From Hyphomicrobium sp. (GTDB lineage: Bacteria > Pseudomonadota > Alphaproteobacteria > Rhizobiales > Hyphomicrobiaceae), in contig JBEBJD010000254.1 of NCBI GenBank assembly GCA_040080075.1, forward strand, positions 1 to 41,958: a stretch of DNA of 41,958 bases. Reading direction: 5' to 3'. Made by a program: the position numbers and the translations under genes. Positions 17,859-26,927 of the stretch are shown piece by piece. The notes under the pieces were generated by a model, which was not told the DNA's origin, made no database searches, and saw only the letters and a program-made list of their open reading frames with translations. The stretch's first letter is position 1. Every line of letters begins with the position of its first letter.

Positions 17859-18229
17859 AAAAGTGGTCAATAGTTTTGACCCATCAAATAACTGGCGGCG
17901 CGCGGCGGCCGGGTCGCGGATCGCGTGTCGCCGCGCGCAAAGAAAAAATACCGGCGCGCCAGAGTATTGACTCTTCCATTGGTAGGTTGGGCGCCGGTAT
18001 AAGTTGTTTATAGCTGAAGGGTTTTGTCCGCCACGCTTGGCCTCTGGTGGCAAAATAGACATGGTCAAGCTTGTTGCACGATTCCCGCCTAAGCACAGAT
18101 CGTAAGCATCCTGTGAGGACCGCAGATAATAGGGAGAGGCGGGATGAGGGGCGCTCGTGCAGGACGACGTTGCTCTGCAACTTTGTCGGTGGCATTTTTT
18201 GTTGGTGATCCGCTGGGATACCGTGTCAG

Positions 18230-18822
18230 TTGCTGAAGGTGGTCGAGTTGATGGGTCAGCAACTTAGCTTTTTGGACAGAGATGCGACGTTGCACCACGT
18301 GTTTTTTGCGTTCCTGCCGGACGCGGCGATGGCGGCGTGCGCGGTGGGAATCGCATGCGATGTGCGTCGACGCTTGGGGCTGACGGCAACGCCGATCCCG
18401 CCGGAGCGCCTCCATGTCTCTTGCTATCTGTCTGTGATTTTTTTGGCCGGTGTCCGCCAGCTGTCATCGATAATGCAATGAGGGCAGCCAGCACTGTTTC
18501 GATGGCGCCATTCAAGGTCGAGTTCGATCGTGTCGCAAGCTTTTCCGGAGGTCATGGGAAGCGAGCTCTTGTGTTGACGGGTGGCGACGGCCTCGATGGT
18601 CTCGTGACACTCCGCAAAGCCCTGAGACAAGCAATGACGAAGGCCGGCTCGAGACTCCAGCCGCAGTCGGGCTCCTCACCTCATTTGACCATGATGTACG
18701 ACGATCGAGCGTGCGATTCTTTCCCCATCGAACCGATAAGCTGGACCGTCAGCCGATTTGTTCTTGTTGATAGCCTGGTCGGCCAATCGAGGTGCATGCA
18801 TCTGGGGCAGTGGTCTCTCTGA
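18230..18822 (+). pseudogene. 2',5'-RNA ligase (LigT/ThpR, 2H phosphoesterase) family gene interrupted by a frameshift
   Basis: The N-terminal half, with the first HxS/T motif ('FFAFLPD...PERLHVSC'), is in the frame of ORF 18230..18481. The C-terminal half, with the second motif ('PFKVEFDRVASF...SPHLTMMYDD...WTVSRFVLVDSLVGQSRCMHLGQW'), is in the frame of ORF 18337..18822. The frames can be joined at a T7 run (18438-18444). Confidence 0.7.
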
Positions 18823-18892
18823 GATCGCGATCGGCGGCATCTTTGGCGCAATCTGCCTGACGTTCGCCTGCGCTGCCGGACAACGCTTGTGA

Positions 18893-19705
18893 TCAGGCGG
18901 CCGGAGCTTGGGCAGCACGGGCGGCCTTCCAGTTCCACGGCAGAAGCTCATGGATGCCTTTCAACGGGTGATCCGCGATGCGGCTGAGCACGCCGGCGAG
19001 CCAGGCGCGGGCATCAACGTCGTTGAGCTTGCACGTTTCGATCAGCGTGAACATCGCGGCAGCGCGGTGTCCGCCAGAGTCCGAGCCGCAGAAGGTCCAG
19101 TTGCGACGCCCGACTGCGATACCACGGACGGCGCGCTCCGCCGCGTTGTTGCTCATGCAGAGATGACCGTCGTCGAGGAACCGTGTGAAGGCAGTCCATC
19201 GCTTGAGGCTATAGTCGATGGCCTTCGCGAACGGCGCTTTCGACGAGTGCTTCTTGCGTTCACCGCGTAGCCAAGTCTCCAGATCTTCGGCCAGTGGCTT
19301 CAATCGCTCCTGGCGCACGACGCGCCGCTCGGCCGGGCTCTTGCAGTTGATCTCGCGCTCGGTGGCGAACAACGCGTCGATGCGCTTTACGGCCTCGATG
19401 GCGACCGGGGCCCTCTGCAGTTCGGCGAACTCGAAGAACTTGCGGCGGCCATGGGCCCAGCATGCCACCTCGATGATCATGCCCGGCTTGCGACCCTCGA
19501 CGTAGAGGCCGTTGTAGACGGAGTAGGCGTCAGCCGGCATGAGGCCGGCATAGGTTACAAGGTGACGCTCGGGATGCTCGCCACCGCGATTGCGCGCGTA
19601 ATGCAGGAGAACCGCCGGTGCAGCGCTGCCGCCAAACGGACGATCGTCGCGCACATAACCCCAGAGCCGCGCCACATCGCATTTGCCCTTCGCCAGGACC
19701 GGCGC
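18893..19705 (-). pseudogene. IS66-family transposase (TnpC) 3' fragment, N-terminal ~half missing
   Basis: 'PVLAKGKCDVARLWGYVRDDRPFGG...HYARNRGGEHPERHL..YAG...ADAY..YNGLY...EVACWAHGRRKFFEF...LCMSNNAAERAVRGIAVGRRNWTFCGSDSGG..AAAMFTLIETCKLNDVD' matches the conserved C-terminal core of IS66 TnpC. No tnpA or tnpB and no N-terminal region are present. Confidence 0.8.
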
Positions 19706-19775
19706 CCTCGTCATCGACGCCGTGGATTTGGAAGACATTCTTCGCAATATCAATGCCGACGGTGCCAGTCTGCAT
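19701..19775 (-). pseudogene. IS110-family transposase 5' remnant (first ~25 codons)
   Basis: From ATG 19775 the minus strand reads 'MQTGTVGIDIAKNVFQIHGVDDEGA'. This matches the characteristic IS110-family N-terminus (G-[IL]-D-[IL]-AK-x-x-FQ-[IV]-HG-[VI]-D). It then runs directly into the IS66 fragment in another frame. Confidence 0.6.
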
Positions 19776-20240
19776 GTGGACGATCCCCTCAGGTGATTTG
19801 TTGTTCAACGATCACCGTTTGGCACATTCGATGCCGGGAGCGGGCGTCGTCCACCCCATCAAGTGGGCTGACACAACGATTGCTCGTAGACTACTCTGAA
19901 GTCGGACGAGCCGATGGTTTAGGCGAGGAATGTGCTCAATGGCGGAATTCCCGCAACGGCGTTGGGCCGCTTCAGACGTTGTTGTCTCGCGCGAGACCAG
20001 TAGATGGTCAAGTCGAAGGAAAGATTTTTTAAGGCGTGCGCAACCGCAGACTTTGTCAAGCGAACAAAACCCGTAACCGACCTTGGAGAACGAGGGTCAA
20101 CGGCCTCAATCTCATCGGATTCGATCATCGAACGCGTCTTGGCCGGCCGGCACTTCAGCAGATACTCAAAAGGGATTGATTCGGTGACCACAACCGTGTT
20201 CTAATAGAATATAATTGGAATTGGCGCATGGGAGGTAGTC

Positions 20241-21653
20241 ATGCGGCAGCTGAAAGTAGTTTGTTCGGCACTTTTCCTTACCACCGGTATTTACTTCGTT
20301 TCTTCCGCTTTCGTGAACCAGCCCGCAGTAAGCCAGGATTTCGGGTTTCGCGGCTTCGGCAAGGCTTTGAAGCGGGCAACGCGCATTCCTCAATTTAACG
20401 CTCCGTCGAATCGCGGATCATCGGGCACGTCCTCTCGCTCTCGCGACGGCTCGCAAGAGCGCAATTCTGGCGGTGAGAATTCGGACGGAGGCGCCTATAG
20501 CAGCGACTCTGCAGCCGGCCCTTCCAGGGAAGAGCAGAAGGCTAATAAGGCCGCTGAAGCCCGGCTCGAAGCAGCGCGGGCCGCCAAGAATCTTTATCGC
20601 TACCGCAAGGAGATTCAGGAGCAAGATAAAGCGCGCGTTCTCGAACGCGGCCGCGATGTCGATCAAGCCATCAAGGACTTCATCAGCAAGCTCGCGGACC
20701 TTCACCTGAGCCTGCGCAAGAAAAAGGGGGCCGATGCCAGGATCGCCCAGGGAACCACTGTCAACGAGGTCACCGAAGGCTCGGTCAGGAATGCCATCGA
20801 GGCCGCCTACGACAAGGCAGGACTCAATGCATTCGCTAGAATGGCCGGCGAGATGTGGACCAAGGATCGCCTTCTCGTTCGCATCGTCGATCATTCCCAG
20901 TCGCAGCTCGGCGGTTACTTCAACGGCGTGGGTGCCCAGGGCCCATCGATGAACGACCTCAAGGCCGACGTCTTTCCCAAATCGGCCAGCAATGTCTACG
21001 GCACCGCACTTGAGTTGAGCGAGCTCATCGGCGTCAGTCACAGCTACGACCGGTTCGTCCGTACGGTTTATGAGAACGTCGACCCGGGCAAGAGCAATCC
21101 CCTGACGAATGGCGGGGACAGCCGCTACGAGCGTTTCGTCACCGCCGCCATCAACTCCGTTCCGTTGCAGAAGTTCGTCAAAAAGAGCGGCGCTGTTTCT
21201 GCAGATGCGGCAGGTCTTGAGCGCAATTTCCAGTTCCGTTTCAGGGCCCGGCGAACGCTCTATGATTGCCTCTCTGCGAACGTCCCGAAACTCATGCGCC
21301 AACTCGGCGGCACCACGATCGATGCCGCCCATCAGGCGCCTGCGGGCCCGAAGGAGAAAACTCGTAGCGCTGGCGTTCAAGCGAATTCGGAATCGGTGAC
21401 GGGGCCTGGAATGCCGACTGGCACCGTCGCGCCGGCCGGGACCCATAACCAGTTCGATGCTGTCTGGGAGAGGACCCAACAAGATCTTGGCTCCACGTGT
21501 GCCAGCCGGATTGCAATCCTGGCAGGTGAGAAAGTGCGGCCAGTCCCCGCGCATTGGAGCAGTGACGGCGATGACGAGCCGGCATCGAGTGGTCCAGCCT
21601 TACACGATCAGATTGAGCCTACAGATGTCGAGAATGGCGGCACCGCAAATTGA
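20241..21653 (+). CDS. Orphan exported protein (470 aa), unknown function
   Basis: SD 'GGGAGG' 5 nt before the ATG. N-terminal hydrophobic segment 'VVCSALFLTTGIYFVSSAFV', Ser/Gly/Arg-rich low-complexity region, charged helical region 'EEQKANKAAEARLEAARAAKNLYRYRKEIQEQDKARVLERGRD', then ~300 aa with no recognisable motif. Its antisense 378-aa ORF is Arg/Ala-rich shadow. Confidence 0.7.
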   Translation: MRQLKVVCSALFLTTGIYFVSSAFVNQPAVSQDFGFRGFGKALKRATRIPQFNAPSNRGSSGTSSRSRDGSQERNSGGENSDGGAYSSDSAAGPSREEQKANKAAEARLEAARAAKNLYRYRKEIQEQDKARVLERGRDVDQAIKDFISKLADLHLSLRKKKGADARIAQGTTVNEVTEGSVRNAIEAAYDKAGLNAFARMAGEMWTKDRLLVRIVDHSQSQLGGYFNGVGAQGPSMNDLKADVFPKSASNVYGTALELSELIGVSHSYDRFVRTVYENVDPGKSNPLTNGGDSRYERFVTAAINSVPLQKFVKKSGAVSADAAGLERNFQFRFRARRTLYDCLSANVPKLMRQLGGTTIDAAHQAPAGPKEKTRSAGVQANSESVTGPGMPTGTVAPAGTHNQFDAVWERTQQDLGSTCASRIAILAGEKVRPVPAHWSSDGDDEPASSGPALHDQIEPTDVENGGTAN

Positions 21654-21699
21654 GCGGAACAAGGGCATCCCTTGTTTGATGACCCTTCATGAGGGGCAT

Positions 21700-24600
21700 A
21701 TGACTTTGACTGGGTGTTTGAGACGGGCGAATAGGATCGCGGCCAATCTCGCCGCCGCTAGAAGCTTTTTCGGCGTTTTATGTCTGATGCTGATCGCCGG
21801 CACCGCTCATGCCGATCAGAAGACGCGCCGCGCATTCGTCGTCGGTGTCAGCGATTACCAAGACGGCAGCGGGCTGCCGAGCCTCGTCTCGCCCGCGCAG
21901 GATGCTGACGACGTCGAGTTGGCCCTGTCGCGTCAGGGCATCGGCTTCGAGATCAGAAAGCTAAAAAACGACGCCGTCAAGGACAAGCAGACATTCGATG
22001 AGACATTCGATGCCTTTGCCGAAGAGATCAATCCCGGTGACGACGTACTGTTCTACTTTTCAGGCCATGGCTACTACGTCACCGGTAAGGGGAACTATTT
22101 CCTCTTGCCGAGCGCCAAGAACCAGATCGCTTACCTGACGTTTCTTAAGAGCACATCGAAGGACGAGGCCCGCGAGCTCGATACGGAGGACAAGCAGACA
22201 AAGCGGTTCGAGCAGTGGATAAGTGAGGTCGGCATATCGGAGCAGGATCTCGAGGCAAAGATCAAGGCCAGGAAGCCCGATGTCACAATCATCATAGCCG
22301 ATGCCTGCCGCAGCTTCAGCACAGCAACAAAGGGGGCAGTCCTTGCTAAGGGTGACGGCGGCCTTTCGCTCCCGGCCGAAACCGCCACTGGAGTGTTCCG
22401 CCTCTATTCTGCCCAGAAGGGCCAGGCGGCGAACGATGGCACAAAGTCCTCAGCGGGGAAGAGCAAGAAGAGCTCGGATGAGGAAGGCGATACGGCAACC
22501 AAACGAAAGGCACGCGCCGAGCGGAAGCCGAACTCGCTCTATACGCGTGCGCTGTTGCGTTTCATCTCCACACCGAAGCTCGAGATAAACGAACTGCATG
22601 CGAAAGTGAAGCGCTACGTCCGGGCTGCCGCCGTCGAGTCTGGCGGCATCCAGATTCCTGATTTCAGCGAAGGCCAGAACTCGACCGACTTCTTCTTCTT
22701 CCAGGGTGACGACGGCGGCGACACCCTGGCGGCCTGCGCAACCGCTTCCGACGAGCTGGAACGACTTCGCTTTGGCGTGAGCGCGGGCAGCGTGTCGCGC
22801 GACGAGATCGAAGCCAAGCGCGGAGAACTCGCTCCGTGCGGACGGGAGTATGTCGAGGGAATCGCAAAGATCGCCCGGCTGCAATCCCAAGGAGCAGGTG
22901 AGTTGCAGGCGCAAAGTGGTGGGCCAGGCTCGAGCCTTGATCCACGCAAGACCGACCCCGGCGATCCCACTCAGCTCTGCGATCGCCTCGCCGCCTCTCC
23001 GTTCGATAAGGATCGGCCGCAGGGTATCGCCGGTGTGGACATCAGGCGCTTGGCACTCGATGGATTGGGAAGTGCCGCCGATCGCCAGCGCCCAGTCGAT
23101 GAGATCGCCCGCGCCATCGATGCCTGCACAAAGGCAGTTGCCGACAAAGGCCGCGTGGCCCGCTTCAAGTTCAATCTCGCCAGCGCGCACTACGCCATGG
23201 CAACGCTGTCGATTGGCCTGAGCCGTGACGAGGCGCTGCGGCAGGCCTCGATCCTGAACCAGGAAGCTGTCGATCTCGGCTACGCGGCGGCCTACAACAG
23301 CCTCGCCCTAATGCACCAGAACGGCGAGTACTTCGAGGCGAAGCCGCGCCCGGACGCAAAAAAACAAGCTGGCCAAAAGCCTGCTACGGCCGATCCGATA
23401 TCTCCCGCCGGAAGCGAGCAGCCAGAAACGTTACAGCAGGCCTCAGTCGCCTCTCCGCCAAATCGCAAGAAAGCGCGGGAACTCCTCCAGCGGGGCGCCG
23501 ATCTCGGAAACGTGTTGGCGCAATACAATCTCGGTCTCGCGTATAAGAACGGCGATCTCGGGGTCAATGCGGCACTGGCCGACGACAACAAAGCCGGGTC
23601 CGACCCGACCTCGGAGAGGACCAGCGCGGCCATCGCCTATCAGTATTTGTCGAAGGCCGCGGAAACCGGCTTCGTCCCCGCCAGCATCGAGACAGCCCTT
23701 GCCTTGAAGGAAGGCCGTGGAATTGCACCGGATCCCCGGCGGGCCATCGAGCTACTCGAGATCGGCGCTTCGCGGGGGTCGTGGGAAGCCATGTACCAGA
23801 TCGCACAAATCTATGACTCGGGCGCCTACGGCTCTGATCCCGACGACATTGAGGACGATATTTCGCACAACGCGAGCGAGGCGCTGATCTGGTACGCACG
23901 AGCCGCTGAGGCGGGCGACACACGTTCGCAGGCGCGGCTCGCAGACATGCTGACAAAAGGGACGGGTGTGCCGTCACCGCAGCCCGAAACGGCCGCGCGC
24001 TATTGGCGGCTGGCGGCCGCGGGCGGCGACGAGCTGGCGCAGTTGCAGCTTGCAAACCTTGTGCGCGACGGCGGAATCCCGGCGCGGCCGAAAATGGAAG
24101 GCGACCCGGACGGGGGAGCCGAGGAGATCTATACCCTCTACCGCAGTGCCTTCGTGCGGGGTAATCCGGCTGCTGGGCTGGAACTCGCCAAGCTCTTTCG
24201 AACCGGTTTTCCTCCAGAGAAGGGCTCTGTGGCCATCCCAAAGAGCCCGGAAGTTGCCGTGGCGCTGCTGTGGGAGGCGATTACGCGTGCGCGCCGGTTT
24301 CCTGACGACAGCTACGAGGCCGATCCTGCCTACGAGCAGCCGTTTGGGGCGGAGCTGATCCGACTTTACGACGCTAGCGAAGCCAAGCGTGACGATGGAA
24401 CGTCTCTTATTACTGAAGGCCAGATCGAGCAGCTTCGCGCGGACTACGGCGATCCGGACAAGTTCATTTACATCAATGCCAATGCACTCTCGCCAAAGCA
24501 GATCCGCTGCAAGGGAATGCTGGTCACCGAGCCCGTTTGGGTTGGGCTGTGGGACGCTAAGTCGTCCGCGTCTCCAGTGGAGCGGCAGTTCGATTGGTAT

Positions 24601-24804
24601 GAGCGCTACCACAGATGCAAGGACAAGCCGCCGAACTCGAAGCTCAAGGATGAGGATCTGGGTTTCAGCAAGAAGATTCGTGAGCTCGTGAGGCAGCAGT
24701 ACGAGAACGCCGAAAAGGACCGCGAGAAGGATCCGCTCAAGGCGAAGTCGTTCTCCGATCGGTTGATCGACATCGTCGTGAAAGACAAGGACAGGAAAAA
24801 GTGA
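21700..24804 (+). CDS. Exported caspase-like (peptidase C14) protein with C-terminal Sel1-like repeats
   Basis: Start chosen at ATG 21700 (SD-like 'GAGGGG' upstream; ATG 21679 is possible). The tracked 21457 start would overlap the previous gene by ~200 nt. Signal-like 'FFGVLCLMLIAGTAHA/DQ'. Caspase dyad 'FYFSGHG' (His codon 22066-22068) and 'IIIADACRS' (Cys codon 22306-22308). Sel1-like repeats include 'AAYNSLALMHQNGEY', 'LAQYNLGLAYKNGDLG', 'ALIWYARAAEAGD' and 'AARYWRLAAAGGD'. Confidence 0.85.
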   Translation: MTLTGCLRRANRIAANLAAARSFFGVLCLMLIAGTAHADQKTRRAFVVGVSDYQDGSGLPSLVSPAQDADDVELALSRQGIGFEIRKLKNDAVKDKQTFDETFDAFAEEINPGDDVLFYFSGHGYYVTGKGNYFLLPSAKNQIAYLTFLKSTSKDEARELDTEDKQTKRFEQWISEVGISEQDLEAKIKARKPDVTIIIADACRSFSTATKGAVLAKGDGGLSLPAETATGVFRLYSAQKGQAANDGTKSSAGKSKKSSDEEGDTATKRKARAERKPNSLYTRALLRFISTPKLEINELHAKVKRYVRAAAVESGGIQIPDFSEGQNSTDFFFFQGDDGGDTLAACATASDELERLRFGVSAGSVSRDEIEAKRGELAPCGREYVEGIAKIARLQSQGAGELQAQSGGPGSSLDPRKTDPGDPTQLCDRLAASPFDKDRPQGIAGVDIRRLALDGLGSAADRQRPVDEIARAIDACTKAVADKGRVARFKFNLASAHYAMATLSIGLSRDEALRQASILNQEAVDLGYAAAYNSLALMHQNGEYFEAKPRPDAKKQAGQKPATADPISPAGSEQPETLQQASVASPPNRKKARELLQRGADLGNVLAQYNLGLAYKNGDLGVNAALADDNKAGSDPTSERTSAAIAYQYLSKAAETGFVPASIETALALKEGRGIAPDPRRAIELLEIGASRGSWEAMYQIAQIYDSGAYGSDPDDIEDDISHNASEALIWYARAAEAGDTRSQARLADMLTKGTGVPSPQPETAARYWRLAAAGGDELAQLQLANLVRDGGIPARPKMEGDPDGGAEEIYTLYRSAFVRGNPAAGLELAKLFRTGFPPEKGSVAIPKSPEVAVALLWEAITRARRFPDDSYEADPAYEQPFGAELIRLYDASEAKRDDGTSLITEGQIEQLRADYGDPDKFIYINANALSPKQIRCKGMLVTEPVWVGLWDAKSSASPVERQFDWYERYHRCKDKPPNSKLKDEDLGFSKKIRELVRQQYENAEKDREKDPLKAKSFSDRLIDIVVKDKDRKK

Positions 24805-26516
24805 CCTCTGTCCGGGTACGTTCCGTGAGCCAAATTCAAGCCGTGCGTTCACGCGTTGTGGCCGGCGAGCTAACTAAGCCAAGACCAGCGGCGGCTCGAT
24901 CTCATCTGGTATGGGCCCGTCGGCTTGCCGTCCTTTTTCTCACTCTAGTCATTCTGGCCTCTGGGGTGCCGCCGGCTGCGGCGGATGCCGAACTGTTGCA
25001 GGCGCCGGGTCAGGGGGGGAGAATTCTCGCCCTTGTTATCGGCATAGATCACTACAAGAACACAAAGATTGCTCCGGTCCTGAATGGCGCCGTGGCTGAC
25101 GCCAACGACATCGCTGCCACCCTCACTCGAATGGGCGTGACGAATCTGAAACTTCTTCTCGAGGAGCAGGTCACGCGCGCTGCACTCGAGGCGGCCATGG
25201 CGGAGGTGGAGCAAGATGCGCGGCGTGGCGATCTGGTGATCGCGACCTATGCTGGACACGGCAGCCGCGAGAAGGAGCTCGTTGCAGGCAGCGAGCCCGA
25301 CGGCAAGGATGAGTTCTTCGTACTCTGGGGCTTCGACTCGAAGGGGCCCGGCACGGCCGAGCGGATGGTCGACGATCAGGTCTTCGACTGGCTGAAACGC
25401 ATTGCCGCCAGGGGCGCCGGAACGATTTTTGTGGCCGACAGCTGCTATGGCGGCGGTATGACCAAGGGCATCCAGCGCCGCCCCGACGGCCCCAGCGTGC
25501 GGGCGATCGAGCGCGTCGACGAGCCTGAGCAGGCCGGACGCGGTGCCTACTACATTGCCCCCGAGGAGGATGAGTTACCACCGGTCAGAGCCGGCTCACC
25601 GGACGATGACGCAACGAGCCAGCTAGCCGGTCTTTCATTCATTTCTGGCGTCGACGACAAGCACCTTGCGCCCGAGGTACGCCTTGCCGATCAACCGACG
25701 CCGAGAGGGGCGGCGAGCTTCGCGTTTGCGCGGGCGCTGGAAGGAGTAGCTGACCGGGAAGGCGACCGGAACGGGGCCACAACGCGCGCCGAGCTGTTTG
25801 GGTTCCTACATCGCACGGTCGCACATTTGAGTCAGAACCAGCAGGCGCCCGACACCAAACCGCGAACGCTTGAGACCGCTTCGGTCATCCTATTTCGCGG
25901 CTCGCCCTCAAGCCCGGAAACAGCTGTCGCCGCATCGAAACGGGAGAAATTGAGCACCGCCGGCCTGGCACCCGGGCAGGTGCTATCCGGCGTCCTCTGG
26001 GATGGCGCAACAGGCAATGCCATCGACTATTCAGGGGCCGTTCTGGCATTCGGAATCGCCAAGACTGACATCCTCAAGGTCGAGCAACGAGTATCGGCCT
26101 TTCGAATACTTGCGCGCCTGGCCAGCGGACGCGCGATCGACACAGCACTGAACCCGGGCGACCGCAACCTGAAGAATGGCGAACGCTTTGAGCTCGCCAT
26201 CAGCGGCATTTACGGGCGCCATCTGATCCTTATCAACCTTGCCGGCAATGGCACGGTTCAGTTCCTGTTTCCGGCGGGCAACGCGCCCAATTACATGGAC
26301 AAGAACGAACTCACGATACCTTTGAAGGTTGGCGCGCCTTTCGGATCCGACACGATTGTCGTCGTGGCGAGTTCCCAGCGAAGGCGCGAGCTTGAGGCCG
26401 ACCTCAAGTCAATCGACGAGAAGACTGCTTCGCTCGACCTCGCTGCCCTGCTCGAGAAAGGCCTCGATGCAGAAGATCGCCTCGGTCTCGCCACCTACAC
26501 GACCGTGCCCAACTGA
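24801..26516 (+). CDS. Exported caspase-like (peptidase C14) protein with DUF4384-like C-terminal domain
   Basis: The GTG start overlaps the upstream stop (GTGA, 24801-24804); the exact start is uncertain. Signal-like 'LAVLFLTLVILASGVPPAAADA'. Caspase dyad 'LALVIGIDHY...VIATYAGHGS...TIFVADSCYGGG'. C-terminal 'GERFELAISGIYGRHLILINLAGNGTVQFLFP...TIVVVAS' resembles DUF4384. Confidence 0.8.
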   Translation: MTSVRVRSVSQIQAVRSRVVAGELTKPRPAAARSHLVWARRLAVLFLTLVILASGVPPAAADAELLQAPGQGGRILALVIGIDHYKNTKIAPVLNGAVADANDIAATLTRMGVTNLKLLLEEQVTRAALEAAMAEVEQDARRGDLVIATYAGHGSREKELVAGSEPDGKDEFFVLWGFDSKGPGTAERMVDDQVFDWLKRIAARGAGTIFVADSCYGGGMTKGIQRRPDGPSVRAIERVDEPEQAGRGAYYIAPEEDELPPVRAGSPDDDATSQLAGLSFISGVDDKHLAPEVRLADQPTPRGAASFAFARALEGVADREGDRNGATTRAELFGFLHRTVAHLSQNQQAPDTKPRTLETASVILFRGSPSSPETAVAASKREKLSTAGLAPGQVLSGVLWDGATGNAIDYSGAVLAFGIAKTDILKVEQRVSAFRILARLASGRAIDTALNPGDRNLKNGERFELAISGIYGRHLILINLAGNGTVQFLFPAGNAPNYMDKNELTIPLKVGAPFGSDTIVVVASSQRRRELEADLKSIDEKTASLDLAALLEKGLDAEDRLGLATYTTVPN

Positions 26517-26927
26517 ATCGGCGCTACGAGGGCAAGAATATGTGATCTTGCCAGAAAGTTCTTTGCGAAATGATAGTGACCGCCAGCCGCGCGTCGTTCT
26601 GACGTGACGTGGTGAGGTAAGAGCGCAAAGCGCGAAGGGACAGCGGTCGCAATTCAATGCGGCGCCAATTCGTTCACTGGCTGTCCGGTTGTGTCCGCGG
26701 TACCTCTTGACGCGGTGATCATTAGCGGACACCGCGGCGGTGCAAAATCTCCGCCGTCGTTACTTCGGCTACGGGTCACCTGCCAGCATGAGCAGCACAT
26801 GCCGGCGACGACGGCCCTACCCCAACAAGCGGAAAGCCCTGGCGATTTTTGCGTCTTCGACAGCTGGACCTCCAGCTCCGCAAAGGCCCGATCGAGCGCG
26901 GCACGGGGAGAGCGCGTCAAAAGGTGT

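Noticed and set aside
17898-18000. Two GC-rich inverted repeats after the OMF gene: GCGCGCGGCG/CGCCGCGCGC at 17898-17907 and 17929-17938; ATACCGGCGC/GCGCCGGTAT at 17948-17957 and 17991-18000
   Set aside because: The loops are long (21 and 33 nt) and neither stem is followed by a U-tract on the relevant strand. I cannot call them intrinsic terminators. They may still be REP-like or protein-binding sites.
19919-20204. 90-aa minus-strand and 66-aa plus-strand ORFs between the IS debris and the orphan gene
   Set aside because: No SD and no recognisable motif, and the two ORFs overlap each other. This is most likely decayed sequence belonging to the IS/rearrangement scar.
20241-21653. Idea that the 470-aa protein is a bacterial gasdermin activated by the neighbouring caspases
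   Set aside because: It is much longer than bacterial gasdermins as I remember them. It starts with a signal/anchor-like hydrophobic segment followed by a disordered Ser/Gly-rich region, and I see no gasdermin-like features. A structure prediction would still be needed to exclude it formally.
21457-21699. Upstream extension of the C14-Sel1 ORF (tracked start 21457)
   Set aside because: It would overlap the preceding gene by ~200 nt and encodes a basic, non-protein-like leader. The signal-like sequence begins just after ATG 21700, which has an SD-like GAGGGG.
20418-24852. Long antisense ORFs across the orphan and C14-Sel1 genes (20418-21554, 22450-23190, 23564-24241, 23974-24852)
   Set aside because: Arg/Pro/Ala-rich low-complexity translations with no SD. 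The plus-strand frames carry the recognisable caspase and Sel1 motifs.
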